A DNA stretch of 61,222 nucleotides, counting the filler, from Dugesia japonica (taxonomy: Eukaryota): assembly GCA_001938525.1 (NCBI GenBank). It is 5 parts of 5 records of this genome, joined end to end, with 100 filler letters (N's around TTAATTAATTAA, not from the genome) between each part and the next. Parts side by side here need not be neighbours in the genome. Positions count along the whole stretch, not along the records: positions 1 to 9,675 come from MQRL01514133.1; positions 9,776 to 24,530 come from MQRL01573423.1; 3 more parts are not named here. One strand, 5' to 3'. Both the position numbers and the translations under genes were made by a program. The stretch's first letter is position 1; each line of letters starts with the position of its first letter. Under the pieces are notes generated by a model, which saw only the letters and a list, made by a program, of their open reading frames with translations, did no database searches and had not been told where the DNA came from. Positions 1 to 13,149 of the stretch are shown one piece after another.

Positions 1-1083
1 ACTGTTACCGTGGAAATTATTGTACTTTTTTAGAAAAATTTGAAATAGGTAGATTATTCTTAAATGTTTAAGTCCAATAAAACATGTATAGCCTAGTGGT
101 AATGAGCTACCTATCATAATTTTTAATTTTACTACTTCATTTTGACGTCGTGGATATGTTTTTTTATTCTAAATAACCGAATGTTTTTAAATGTAGATGT
201 AGTAGAAAATTATAATGTGAAAACATTAAACGATTAAATAAANNNNNNNNNNNNNNNNNNNNNNNNNNNNNNNNNNNNNNNNNNNNNNNNNNATTGCCTA
301 TCTGAGAGCGCTCATTTAACAAAAGTCAACGATTTCGCAAGAGGAATTCTAGTTCGACGTGTATTTACTGAGGATGGTGAGGAAATCAACAATGTATCAC
401 AGTTATCATATAACCAAGTTTTATGTGTTTCGCATGGTGAAGATTGGATAAATCCTATATGTAATATGTTATGTTTCATTTTAAACTGTTGAATTTAAAT
501 TTCAAAATGCTAAAATTTTCAAATAATAAATTTGTTACCATGATTTTATTAATTATAAAATTTACCTTATAACTCATCGTAAAATTGCAAATTTTGATCT
601 CATCAAAATTCTTTATTTTTACGATTTAATTCCATCTAATAATTTTTATAGCTATCAATAAGTTCGAGGAGTTATAAGGATATTAGCGATTGCCTATTAT
701 ATTGAATGTTACATGTTAATAGACTTACTATTTCAAGAAATTTTTTTATACGTAAACTTTTTACGAAAATTTGATAATTATTAAAAATTAAATTTTAAAA
801 CTAGATACTAAAAGTGAATTTTTTTTTCTTAAAATTATTAAAATTACTGTTACCGTGGAAATTATTGTACTTTTTTGGAAAAATTTGAAATAGGTAGATT
901 GTTCTTAAATGTTTAAGTCCAATAAAACATGTATAGCCTAGTGTTAATGAGCTACCTATCATAATTTTTAATTTTACTACTTCATTTTGACGTCGTGGAT
1001 GTTTTTTTATTCTAAATAACCGAATGTTTTTAAATTTAGATGTAGTAGAAAATTATAATGTGAAAATATTAAACGATTAAATA
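1..1083 (+). repeat. Direct duplication of ~240 bp (1-242 and 846-1083)
   Basis: ACTGTTACCGTGGAAATTATTGTAC...AAACGATTAAATAA occurs twice with a few substitutions; the first copy abuts an N gap. Confidence 0.9.
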
Positions 1084-4000
1084 AATAAATATTTAAAAAA
1101 CAATGGCAAATTTTTTTTAAATAAATAAATATTTCCCTTTTCTAACAGCAACCTGCTCAAAAACACAAAATTTATAATACTCATTTTAAAATTGATTTAG
1201 ATATTTGTACTTGCGCAAAATTTCATTTTCTTGATGAAGATCTTGATTCAGCAATGTTTGATTTTGAGATAAATAATAAGAGGTACATTTTTGATTTATT
1301 TTTCGATTAAATTTAATTTTTCTTATAGTTTAAAGAAATTTAAAATAACTGATAAATTCGATGATAAAAACATAATTTATGATCTTCCAGTTTTACAGAA
1401 TAAAGTTTGTTTCAGAAATTCTAATGATTTTAACTTATTTTCTCAATAGGAGAAAACACATATGTTTATTATGGTGTCTATTTGTATTCAAAAGAAACAG
1501 GACTCTACAAACAGTAGTAAAGATAATCTCATGAAATCTTGGATGTATACAGTGAGTGGACGACTTATTTTGAAAAGTTTCCCGTCATTGTGCATGACAT
1601 TAGTTACAAGTTCTAAAGCATCTATGAAAATCAATAAATATTCATTAAAACCTCTGAAATCCGAAAAAGACAAAATTGAAATGATAGAAATTACTTATTT
1701 TTGTGTACAACTGGAATCGATTCAGGCACATAACAATAATCAAATATGGCATTTCAACAAATCTGGACTGCTTTATAATGAAGTATTTTAAATCACTTAT
1801 AAATGTTTGATAGATTAATTGTTTTAAGGCGTTTCCTGGATTTTTTTTGACATTTTTTGAAAATATATCAAATTTAGAATATGATGACGTTTTTGATTAT
1901 TTTCGGAATTCAAATATTTTGGCATCAGAAAAGCTACCGGATAATTTGCAGATATATCAAAGATGGGCATTTAAACAAGAATCTTTTGAGAATCTTAACC
2001 AATGGAAATTATGTGATCTACCAAATCCTGAATGGCACAAAACGGCTTTGACTTGGCCACTTAAATCTAATGGTGATTTAAATCATGATTTAAAATGGCC
2101 AATTGAAGGTTTGCTTGTACCTTGTGTTCCTTCATTGGAAAAAAGAAAATTTAATTCAGAATCGAGTATATTCATTTATTCATTACTTAAATATTGATTT
2201 TAGTCATTTTTTGTAATTTAATTTAAACTCTATCTATCAAAGATCAATTCTGTGTTTGTTCTGTAAAGCTCAATCCATCTATAAAAATAAATGTTCTCTA
2301 TAAAAAAATATTTTTCTCCACAAAATAAGCCCTATGTTTATTTTAATTTTTCCACAATTTTTGGCCTGGGGCTTAGTTCCTAGAAATTTATCAAGTAAAA
2401 CTTTAATAATTTTAAAAATATATTTAAAAAATTAATTATTTATTCTAAAATAATTTATTCAATATTCATAATGTTGGTTTTTACTTGATTTTCGTCATTA
2501 ATTTTTCGATTGATTAAGATCTTGATATATGTACAGATAATATTAATATCAATTTTTACAGACTGATTTTCTGGGCTTACTTTTGGGTTAATGCTTTTTC
2601 TTAGAAATTAATAGAAAATATCACCTATTGCTTACTTTTAGAGAAACACAGTACTTCTTTATCATTACTTCTCACAATCTTTACTTTTTGTGATTTCTAA
2701 TCCTCGTACAATACCATCACTCAATTCATCTTAAGTTAAACAATCAATTATTACAAAATTTCTCTATTTGGAAAATAAATTTACAATTGTTCTCAACATT
2801 GGGGAATATGATGAAAAATATTTATAAAATGTTCATTTTCATCAAAATTTACTTTTGTTAATTCAGATTTATGAAAAAACATTATCATTAACAAAAAAAC
2901 TATTTTTCCTAAATTCTATGATTAAAATTTTTCAAAAAACATTTCAATATATATTAAGTATTTTGTTTTATAAGGCATATCATTTACTTCGTAATGCACA
3001 ATACCAATTCTCAATATTGCGATACATGCACTTTTATTTTTTGATTATACTGGTTGATGCAAAAGTAGGTATATAGTGATCATTACTCTAAAAAATAGCT
3101 TTCTCAAGTGACAATAATGATTTATTATTATAATAATATTAACTATAAATTCAATTACATACAGTCTTTGAGATGCTCAAATAATCGGCTTTCGGCATTG
3201 GCACATTCTTGTAGTTTTTTTTGCATTCAGGCACATTTTTCCGCATAGTTCTTTATTACTTTCAATTTCTTTGCATACTTCTCTTATGAATTGAGTCATA
3301 TCATCAACAGTGCGTGGCTTTCTTAAAAACAATATTTTTGTAACTCAAAAGAAGAAATCCACTGAGATGAGATGAGGTGACCGCGATGGTCATTCAACTA
3401 ACATCTTGTTCTTCAATATTAATTAATTAACCACTTTCGTTGGTCAATACTTAAATTAACAGTTATCATTAACTTAAATAAATTAAAACTAAAATATTCC
3501 ATTAAAAAACTAACAAACTTGTAATATTTAAACAAACAAAAATTTTATTAATATACTATTGCATGTTAATAATTATCAAACTTCTTCAACTACCTTCCCC
3601 AAATTTCTTTGACATAATNNNNNNNNNNCTTAAATTCTTTAAAACTTAAGTCTATAATTATTTAACTTTTGACTTTACAATAATTATATTTTAGAAATAT
3701 TATTTAAACGATTTTTCGCTCACTAGAGTGTGGTGACAAAAATTTATATCAATATATGTCAATACAAAATAATCATTTAAAACATTTATTTTCTCTCTTA
3801 TAACCTTTATCTACGCGGTATTCGATCAATTTAGATTGCTAGTGGACTAAACCAACTGAACCAGGCGCATTTAAATGAAGTTTTTATAAAAGTACCATTG
3901 AAAAGTATTTTCTACAATAGTTGACTCACTTAGATGATTGGTGCTTTAATGCGGTAGAAAAGTATATTCCACTTAAAAGGATTCCTTATTTCACTGAAAT

Positions 4001-4858
4001 TATGTTTAAAAATAATTTTCAATAATAGATATTAATATTGCTGACACTTTTTAAAAGGCATTAGTAAGTTGTGATTATTAAAAAAGACATTGTTGAATAA
4101 GATAGTAAAATCAATGCGAACATAGACTTGTGTTGCTTAGATATATTTGAAGAAGTTCGTTAAAATTTGAAAATATTTCAATTTTCTCATTGTAAAGGGT
4201 GTAACTATAATTTCATGTCTCAATACCAAGTTTTTTTATTTTATATAATTAAAAAATAAAATAAAAAATTTTTTGTTAAAATAATTTTATTTAGGATTTC
4301 CAATGAAGTTGATGGTTCTCAGAAATAATGACCATAATATGACAATCCCAGTTCTGATTTGTGGACCGGATTTGACTAAGGTGTTTTTAAATATTCTATC
4401 TTCTTATTTTTTTATCAAATTTAGTTGATTAAAAAAGGGAAAGAAGCGCCTTTTGAGACGCATTGTACAAATGAAAGGTTGCTTAAATTAGAATTTGAAA
4501 TGGTTATTAGATTTATTTTTATAATATGTGTAATTTAATAATTTAGTTTTTGGATTCTTGTACAAATGTATTAAGACTTCCATCAGCAGCAAGAAGGTTA
4601 TTTGATGAAAAAGGAAAGGAGATTTTTGATTTAGATAATCTTCAAAATAGCGATTTAGTGTATGTAAGCATTGGAGATATTTGGTGCAGTCCTGAAAAAG
4701 CTTTGTCTCAAATTGAACTACGGAGTTATGCCAATAAATTGACAGTGGACGTAGAACGACTGAAATATTTTATAAAACTATACCAACCTAGGGAAGGTTA
4801 ATTTTTTTNNNNNNNNNNNNNNNNNNNNNNNNNNNNNNNNNNNNNNNNNNNNNNNNNN

Positions 4859-4915
<57 letters not shown>

Positions 4916-7140
4916 TAATAATGATAATTTGAAAAAAAATAATAGTGTTTACAAAAAACCTGATTTACGTTGCTACTTATAATGGTACTGATTTAATTAA
5001 ATAAATAATAGTTGTAATGTTATGTTATAGCTTCAAGTGTCAAATGTTTAGTAGTTATAGTGAAATGCATTGCTTTATCAGTATATTATTTACTTTCAAG
5101 TGTTGATAGTTTAGTGATTCTATTAGTTTAAGAGGTTTTAATTTTAGTGTAATGGTTAAGATTTTAGTTTGATTGATTATAATTTACATATGATGAGATA
5201 AAGTTTCATATGACTTGTTAAGAAATTTAGTGAAATAATTTTCAATTTCAAGTCATGAATTTATTATTTTTCGTTTTGAGTATTAATTTTAATGGATTTG
5301 GATTTTTGTGATAAATGTTACATTTTTTATGTTGGTTTTTAATTTTTGAGTATTAGTTTTGAATTTTGTGTAATGTATTATAATTTTTTGTATGTCAGTT
5401 TTGAATTTTTATGTGTTGAGTAAAGTTTTCTATAATGATTTTTAACATTTGTTTGATAGATTAAATTAAGTGTAATAGGTTCCAATTGTCATATATGAAT
5501 TAAGAAATTTAATATATTGGTTAAGAATTTTACATGATGGATTGTTTTGTTTTCGCTTAGAATTTATAACTATATTAAGGTAATCTTACTCGAATTATTG
5601 AATCAAAGTATGTCCTTAACAGACTTTAGACTCAATTATAAGTGTATATTTTTTTAAAGTTTATGTAAGTTTTAATAAATATAAGTGTATTATAAAAGTA
5701 TCATAGTATATTATGTGAATCATTGAAAGATGCATAGTATAATTTGTGAGAAAGTAGAATTAGTAAGTTGAGGTTGAGTTTTCATGAATGAAATCCTATT
5801 ATCCAGGTCACAATTTTTCAACAAATTCTTTATTGAATATATCTATTTTAATGGGTGTTATGGTTCTATATGATATAATTATTGAATAAATTAAATGAAC
5901 AATGGTCAATTATTATCAAAAATCTGGTTATATTTGTATGAAATTACTATATATTCTAGTAAACATTTAGATTTGTGTAGAATGGTATAAAATGCGTTTA
6001 TATCTTATTGAAATTAATTGCATATTTTAATGAAATTTACATTTTCTTTGTCCATACTTTTATTTTACTTTACTCAAAACTTTACTCAACACATAAAAAT
6101 TCAAAGCTGACTTACAAAAAATTATGATTCAATACATAAAAATTATAATACATTATACAAAATTCAAAACTAATACTCAAAAATTAAAAACCAACGTAAA
6201 AAAAGTAACATATATCACAAAAATCCAAATCCATTAAAATTAATACTCAAAACGAAAAATAATAAATTCATGACTTGAAATTGAAAATTATTTCACTAAA
6301 TTTCTTAACAAGTCATATGAAACTTTATCTCATCATATGTAAATTATAATCAATCAAACTAAAATCTTAACCATTACACTAAAATTAAAACCTCTTAAAC
6401 TAATNGAATCACTAAACTATCAACACTTGAAAGTAAATAATATACTGATAAAGCAATGCATTTCACTATAACTACTAAATAATTGACACTTGAAGCTATA
6501 AAATAACTAAATTATATTATATAATAAAATTTGAAAACAGGTGCAAAGCTTTAAAATACTACCAAGTTAAAATTTAAATATAAACAGAGGCAAATCTTTA
6601 GAATATTAGTATGGGCAAGGATTTTATGAACAATCTTATAAAAATTAATTTATGTTAAAATCTTATAAAAAAAATTATAGAATAAATATTAATATAATTA
6701 AAATCCATAAACAATTAAATACCACTGGGTAAATTCCATAATAAACCGTTAAAAATCGATCGAATAAGAAATTTCAAATAGTCAATGAAAATCTTATATA
6801 AAAAATTTAATTCTAAAATGAAATGCTAAAAATAAACCTGTTAAAACTATAATTAAATTTTAAAATCATCTGCTAAAAATAAACCTATTATGAATTAACT
6901 GCTAAAATAAACTACTTGAAAATTAACTACTAAATCTATTAAAAAATACTATCTTAAAATTCTAAAATAAACTACTAAAATCATATTTAAAAAATTAAAT
7001 ACCACTGGAAAAATAAACTCTAAAATTTACCTGTTAAAATTATCCTAGAAAAAATTATAGAGTAAAAATTTATTCGAGTAAAATTCTTATATAATACTAT
7101 TTTGAAATTTCTTATTTATTATTATTATTTTGCATTTGTA

Positions 7141-7188
<48 letters not shown>

Positions 7189-9376
7189 CTGATAATTTTC
7201 AAAAATTTCGAAAAAATTTGAACTAGGCACACAAAAAGTACGAGCAAAAGTTATGTAATCGCACATAAATTTTGTTCTTCGCCTATTTACATTAGAAAAA
7301 TCATATGCCAGTTACGTAATAACACACAAATGTGTCTCTCCAACTTTTTACATTAGAAAATTATAGGCCACTTTTTACACACAGTGAGGTGGTGGACCAG
7401 TACTTTACTATCCTACTACTTCTATATAAAAATAGCAGTATACAACGATGTATTTATTCTATAGAATTTCTCCAATTTTGAAATATATTTGTTCTATAAT
7501 AAAATTCTAACTAAAACTTTTAGAAACCAAATTTCCATTGTATTTCTCTCGGATATTCCCAATTTTTTTCACGAAACCCTGGAAAGTTAATGCGGTTATA
7601 AAGAAATATATAGGTCATAATTCTTTTCTCTAATTATTCAGTTCTAAAATTTCTTAAACATTTTCAGTTTATAACGATTTGTATATTCACAAAAAGATTA
7701 TCAAAATTTTCGCTTTGGCTTTTAAAATTCTTTGATAAATTTCATTTGTCTACATTAGTTTGTATTTCATTTTTATTAAATTATGATTGAAAATTTTGAT
7801 AGAATCTTTTAAAAATATTTTGACAGACTTATTTTTAAACGTTTATTTATATTACGTCTCGAAGTGTTTATTGTTTTACCTAATAGCTTTGATAATTTCA
7901 TCCAAATATATTTCTGTCTTATTCCTATTCAAATTTCCTTCGAACTTTATTGATAAGTTTCTAAAACGTTCCAAGTGCTCTTATAACAATATTGGTTGTT
8001 GCTATTAAAAAACCTGTTTTTAATATTGTATATTTTAAAGTAAAATATTATGCTAAACAACAATTTAAAGCAGAAATGGGCAACTTTTTTCGTCAACGGG
8101 CTAAATGAAATAATCGTAAACATTACGCGTACCGGATTACATAATACCGCATAAAAATTATATAAAATTTTTTTTTCTAAAAAGTACTAACCTAAACAGT
8201 ACTAAGTACATATTGATAAATAAGCTGACATATTAACAAAACTTTAATCCGACTTATCGAATTTAGAATGCTTCTTATCTATAATTACATCAAAATTAAG
8301 TCAGTTAATTTAAACACAATATTTAAACACAATATATTGCGTCAATATTATTTGTGATAGCTCTTTATCTATAAAATTATAATTATTTTAATTAGATTTA
8401 GAAAAGTTTAATTTGTGGAAATTTTTAGTAAATTTTATATAAAATTATAATCTACTATACAATCAAAAAATTTCATTTCACGCTGCGGGCCGTATTGCAC
8501 ATCTTGACTTACCCACCTCTTAATTTAAAGCGTTATTTTTTAATTTTTGAATGATACTTTATNATTTTTTGTACCAATTAATTCTTTAAAATATGACTTG
8601 TTCTTTAAAAATAAAATTGAAAATTGATATTAATTAAAATTATTATTAATTTAGGTAATTTTTTGTTAAAATTTTCATAAATTTTTTGAACGTGATAAAA
8701 ATAGCTTTTATTTCTATAAATAAATTTTATTCGTAGTTAAAAAGAGAAAANNNNNNNNNNNNNNNNNNNNNNNNNNNNNNNNNNNNNNNNNNNNNNNTGA
8801 TTTAGATTTTGTTGTGGGCTTGAAAAATGATAATTTGCATGAATGTGCTGAAGTGGAAGTTCAGATTATGAATGAATTATCAAAACGAGAAATTCGAAAT
8901 TTGATTGATATTACTAATCGTATTCCAACCCCAGAACCATCTGAAATTCCTTCAATTGATGATTCCATAAAGAAAAAGTATATTTATTATAAATTTCATT
9001 ATTTCATGCAATTAGCACTAGAACATGTCATGAAAGATGTTGTGATGCAGCCAATAAGAAATCGAAAATTGTGAATCATGATGAAAGGGATTCTGAAGTC
9101 ATTGTTGAAAATACGTAATGCTTTTATTTTAATTTTCAATTGAAAATATATAATATAAAATAATATTATAAAATATTATATTATTAGAAAAAATAAACCA
9201 AATCTTTTACTTCGTCAAAATTTTCAACAATTTCTTTACCAATCTAGTCGAATTGTGATGTTAAATGATCGTAATTTTTCTCTATTTGCTGATGAAATCG
9301 ATAAACCGATAACAGTTCGGAAATTGACTGGAAATCTCGATAATAAAAGATTTAAATGGATTTTTCATAATTCTGG
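293..9376 (+). CDS. DCDC1: Doublecortin domain-containing protein 1 (DCDC1/DCDC5)-like gene, partial, multi-exon
   Basis: Manually spliced GT-AG exons: ~293-460 (VRRVFTEDGEEI...VSHGEDWINP, DCX domain), 1149-1282, 1329-1404, 1450-1782 (ricin-type beta-trefoil-like, QIWHF), 1829-2165 (QRWAFKQE..NPEWHKTALTWP..G.LN...WPIEGLLVP), 4295-4380 (MKLMVLRNND..ICGPD), 4425-4502, 4547-4796 (FLDSCTNVLRLPSAARRLFDEKGKEIF..LVYVSIGDIW, DCX), 8806-8977, 9016-9114, 9188-9376. Phases are consistent from 1149 onward; the link from 460 to 1149 is uncertain (possible micro-exon 723-751). Motifs match my recollection of DCDC1. No start codon seen; the 3' end is cut by the spacer at 9677. Confidence 0.88.
3160..3410 (-). 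mobile_element. Tc1/mariner-family transposase C-terminal relic
   Basis: Minus strand reads VE*PSRSPHLISVDFF, a degenerate WPxRSPDLxPxDFF motif. Confidence 0.55.
5025..6501. repeat. Long inverted repeat: arms ~5025-5429 and ~6076-6501 around a ~650 bp spacer
   Basis: TTATAGCTTCAAGTGTCAA...TGTGTTGAGTAAAGTTTT is the near-exact reverse complement of 6076-6501; the right arm has a ~20 bp insertion. Confidence 0.92.
7385..7420 (-). mobile_element. Putative Polinton-type terminus (AGTAGTAGGATAGTAAAGTACTGG)
   Basis: The reverse complement starts AGTAGTAG and resembles the motifs at 9535, 37690 and 52101; degenerate AT-rich subrepeats lie inside it (6540-7100). Confidence 0.4.
8071..8522. mobile_element. 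Non-autonomous hAT (Buster/Charlie-type) MITE
   Basis: Imperfect TIRs CAGAAATGGGCAA / TTACCCACCTCT, subterminal GCGGGCCG, and an identical 8-bp TSD ATTTAAAG (8063-8070 and 8523-8530) with central TA. Confidence 0.8.
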
Positions 9377-9534
9377 GTAATTTATAATTTTTAAAGATAA
9401 AAGAAATAGTTTACTTGTGTAAGTTTTTTAGTGATCATTCAATTAAATTAATTTTTGGTTACAAATTTTAACTCAGATTTGAGAAATAAATCTAAAAAAT
9501 TAAGATACTTTATATTTGTTAACTTTTGATCACC

Positions 9535-9676
9535 AGTAGGGGGATAGTAGCGCACAAGCCCCACTCACATGGCGCTGGGCGGGGATTATGAATTATGAAT
9601 TATTATGAACGGACTCGAATTGGATGCTAAAGACCTTGATGGATTTGCTCCGTCGGACTGTACATGTCGGAGGAGN
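9535..9676 (+). mobile_element. Putative Polinton-type terminus (AGTAGGGGGATAGTAGCGCAC)
   Basis: Shares GATAGTAGCGCAC with 52101 and 37690 (minus); GC-rich relative to background. Confidence 0.45.
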
Positions 9677-9775
9677 NNNNNNNNNNNNNNNNNNNNNNNN
9701 NNNNNNNNNNNNNNNNNNNTTAATTAATTAANNNNNNNNNNNNNNNNNNNNNNNNNNNNNNNNNNNNNNNNNNNN
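9677..9775. other. Artificial contig spacer N-TTAATTAATTAA-N
   Basis: The same 12-mer, with stops in all six frames, is embedded in N runs four times in the window. Confidence 0.93.
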
Positions 9776-10563
9776 AATTGGCTGCTTTACTAAATGTATC
9801 TCAACAACCTATTTCAAGCCGCTTACATGATATGGGAAAGATTCAGAAGAAAGGGAAGTGGGTGCCTTATTAACTGACAGAAAGAAACAAACAACAGAGA
9901 AAACCACTCGCGAACTTTTGATAAAGAATAAGAGTTTTTCCTGCCTTACGGAGATGAAAAGTGGATTTAGTTTTGTATTCCTAAGCGTGGTTTGATCCAG
10001 GCCAGCAAACTAATTCAACCACAAAACTCAATTTTCATTTTAAAAAAGTCCAATCGTGTGTGTGGTTGAATCAAAAGGTTATTCTGTACTATGAACAATT
10101 GAAATCAGGAGAAACAGTTACTAGTAATTGATAAAAACATTAAATAATGAAATTAAATCATGAACTCACAGCAAAAGAACCAGAATGGCCTGTCAGACAA
10201 TGGAAAGTGATATTACTGCATGACTTCAACCTGGTTTATGTTGTAAAATCGTTTAAAAGTGTTGAAATGGAAAGTCTTATTCCACAAGCCCTACACACCA
10301 GATATTACTCTGTCAGATTGCCATTTATTCTGGTCGATGACACACGGTCTGTCGGATCAGAGTTTCACGTATTATGAAAATGTCATAAAAATGGCAAGAT
10401 GATTGGAATACTTAGAAACAAGATCAATTGCTCTATAATGGAATTCATAAATTGCCCCAAAATTTAAGAAAATGTTGTTATTCATGATGAAGCTTATTTG
10501 TAATAAAAACTTACCTTGACTTTTTTAAATTGTAAAAATCGGCAGTCATATTTGTACACCAAA
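9776..10563 (+). mobile_element. Degraded mariner transposon
   Basis: LAALLNVSQQPISSRLHDMGKIQKKGKWVPY*LTE (WVPHEL motif), GDEKWI, YYEQLKSGETVT, VILLHD; stops and frameshifts; TIR-like end TTTGTACACCAAATA. Confidence 0.85.
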
Positions 10564-11129
10564 TAATAAATTAAAAATTTGACCCTAAAATTAAACATAT
10601 TCAAAATCCTTTTTTAAATAAGATCTGAATTAATCGATCGATAAAATTAAATTAAAATCACCAAAGCATGTATTAAACAATATTTTAAATTTTCAAACTG
10701 TTATTGACTTTTTACAAATCAAAATATTTTACTAAGATATTTTCTTGTTATTCTAAACCAAATGTTCATGGAGTGTTAAAAATTAATTTTCTCATTAAAT
10801 AAGTTTAAAATAAGTTTTTTTCAGGAAAAATTATAAAATTCTGATATAATACATAATGGTATATTCCATAAAATTAGCATACCAAATGATTTCAGTTCAA
10901 TTTCCATCAACTAACGAGGACAGACGCTGAATTGAATTACAATGGGTTAGATTTTTATATACGATGATTCATTGATGAAATAAATTATTTTCAATATCAG
11001 TAATTTTTTATAATATTTATTTATTAAATTTATCTTTCTTGAAAATAAACTAGAAAAGTATAATTATATAAAGTACATTAAAATTTAGAATATTCTAATT
11101 AGTCGCTGAATAAGTATATTGATAATAAG

Positions 11130-11130
<1 letters not shown>

Positions 11131-11194
<64 letters not shown>

Positions 11195-11263
11195 NNNNNN
11201 NNNNNNNNNNNNNNNNNNNNNNNNNNNNNNNNNNNNNNNNNNNNTAATAATAATAATAATAAT
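11131..11263. repeat. (AAT)n microsatellite (others at 4859-4928, 7117-7168, 13079-13149, 24853-24997, 36164-36306, 50562-50646, 55718-55903; (TA)n at 23883-23910)
   Basis: Read directly from the sequence; these generate the spurious poly-I/N/L/Y ORFs. Confidence 0.95.
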
Positions 11264-13093
11264 GTTAGCGTTCCAACTTGGCAGCTCAATTTTAAGTTGT
11301 ATCTAGAGTAACATGCCCTAGTGAAACCACGTCAAGAATTTTATCTAGTGTCCCTGTTCTAGATTTTCCGTAACCCGTAGTTTGAGTGCATGCTCGCATT
11401 CCTTTTGTTTGGGTTCAAACTTCAATAATACTCGCTCTGTATCGACAGACAACTTCGTTAATCAATTGATCAGGATGACTGTTATACAAGTATCTTGTTG
11501 CAACTACTATTGCTGATATTAAGCTTCGAAAGGGAGGCAAGATGGGCAATCGATAGACAGTTCCCTAGATTTTCTGTGAATTCTTAATGATGCCAGTCGG
11601 GTAAATAATCGAGCCCTTATTTCATAATTCATTAATATTCTTATTGTTATTATTCTTATCATTTTTATTATCGTGGATTCGCGCTAATGTCGACATCAAG
11701 TCATACTAGTTATGTTCCTTAACCTTATTATCATCATTGTCCTTATACATATTCTCATTAATTATATATCACTTGTCATTAATCCCAATAATTAACTATC
11801 ATCATGAATACTATTATTATTGTTATTATTATTATTATCATGATTACTATTGTTATCTCTAGCAAAGTCAAAAGTTATTATGAGCAACTGTTTACTATTA
11901 ATTATTTAAAAAAGCTTTACTTTTATTATTATAATCGTTACCCCTTGATTGAATTTTCTACCAATAATTATTATTATGAATAATTAGTTATCGATACTAC
12001 TGCAATTATTCATCATTACTATAATTTTTAATCAATCGTTTTTATCTAATATTTAATATCATTAGCAAATCAACATTAATTAAATATTTAATCCAAAATA
12101 TAATTCTTACTAATCATTATTATTAAGTAAAGAGAATTTATTTAATGAAAATTATATTGTTAATCATTAATGAAATTTATCGATAACAGTATAATTTTAC
12201 AATCTAAGTAAAAAAATCAAACTAACATGCGCGGCATATCGATCTGAAGCAGGCACAGAGAGCGATTGAAATCACCTTGGTAACCAAAATTTATTAATCG
12301 ATCTATCTCTGATTACATACACACTAACATAATCTAGATTTTTAACCGATTCATTTACACACCTACATGGTAGGTATCTATCCATTACATATCCTCATAT
12401 AATTCGTAATTTTATCATATTTCTAGGGCCCACTATGTACCATTCATTTCTCCTTAATTATGGATAGGAAACCGTTGCAATAATTTATTTTTTCAATAAA
12501 TCACTTCTTTCTATTTGTTAGAAATTCAGTTTCAAAAGAGGATTTATTTTTTGATTGATTTTTATGCGAAATATCAATGGTATTTATATTCATTCTTTGA
12601 TACGCCTCAATTTTTCATATTGGTTAATTGACATCGTTCAATTTTTTCTATCGTTCTCATTGGTTAAATTATTCACGTCCTATTACATGATTTCTTCTTA
12701 TTGGTAAATGTTTTGGATTTCCAAAATTGACGGAATCATATTGCCTGTCTTTTAAACCCCTTTTTGGTTGATATATGATTTTCTAGATTGAATTTTCAAA
12801 ATCGATGACGTTTTCTTTGTTTTATAAGTCTGCTGGTGTCTTCTTTTATTTTCCTTCTTCTTTGGTTTTCTCATTCCCAAATTGTTTCCATTTTTGTTTC
12901 AAGATTGTACTGTTCATTGCCTATATTCTATTTCACTATTCTCTTCCTTTCCTTGGTTTTCCTTTAATTACTACTTTCTTTAACTAATCTTCGACTTTTT
13001 ATTTTCTGATATAATTCTTTTTTGATTTTGCTATTACCTGTCACTATTATTATCATTTTCAACCAGGTGTTCTACCTCAATAATAATAATAAT

Positions 13094-13149
<56 letters not shown>

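Noticed and set aside
9720-9731. TTAATTAATTAA as a biological palindrome or piggyBac target
   Set aside because: It always sits centred in fixed-length N runs, so it is an assembly linker.
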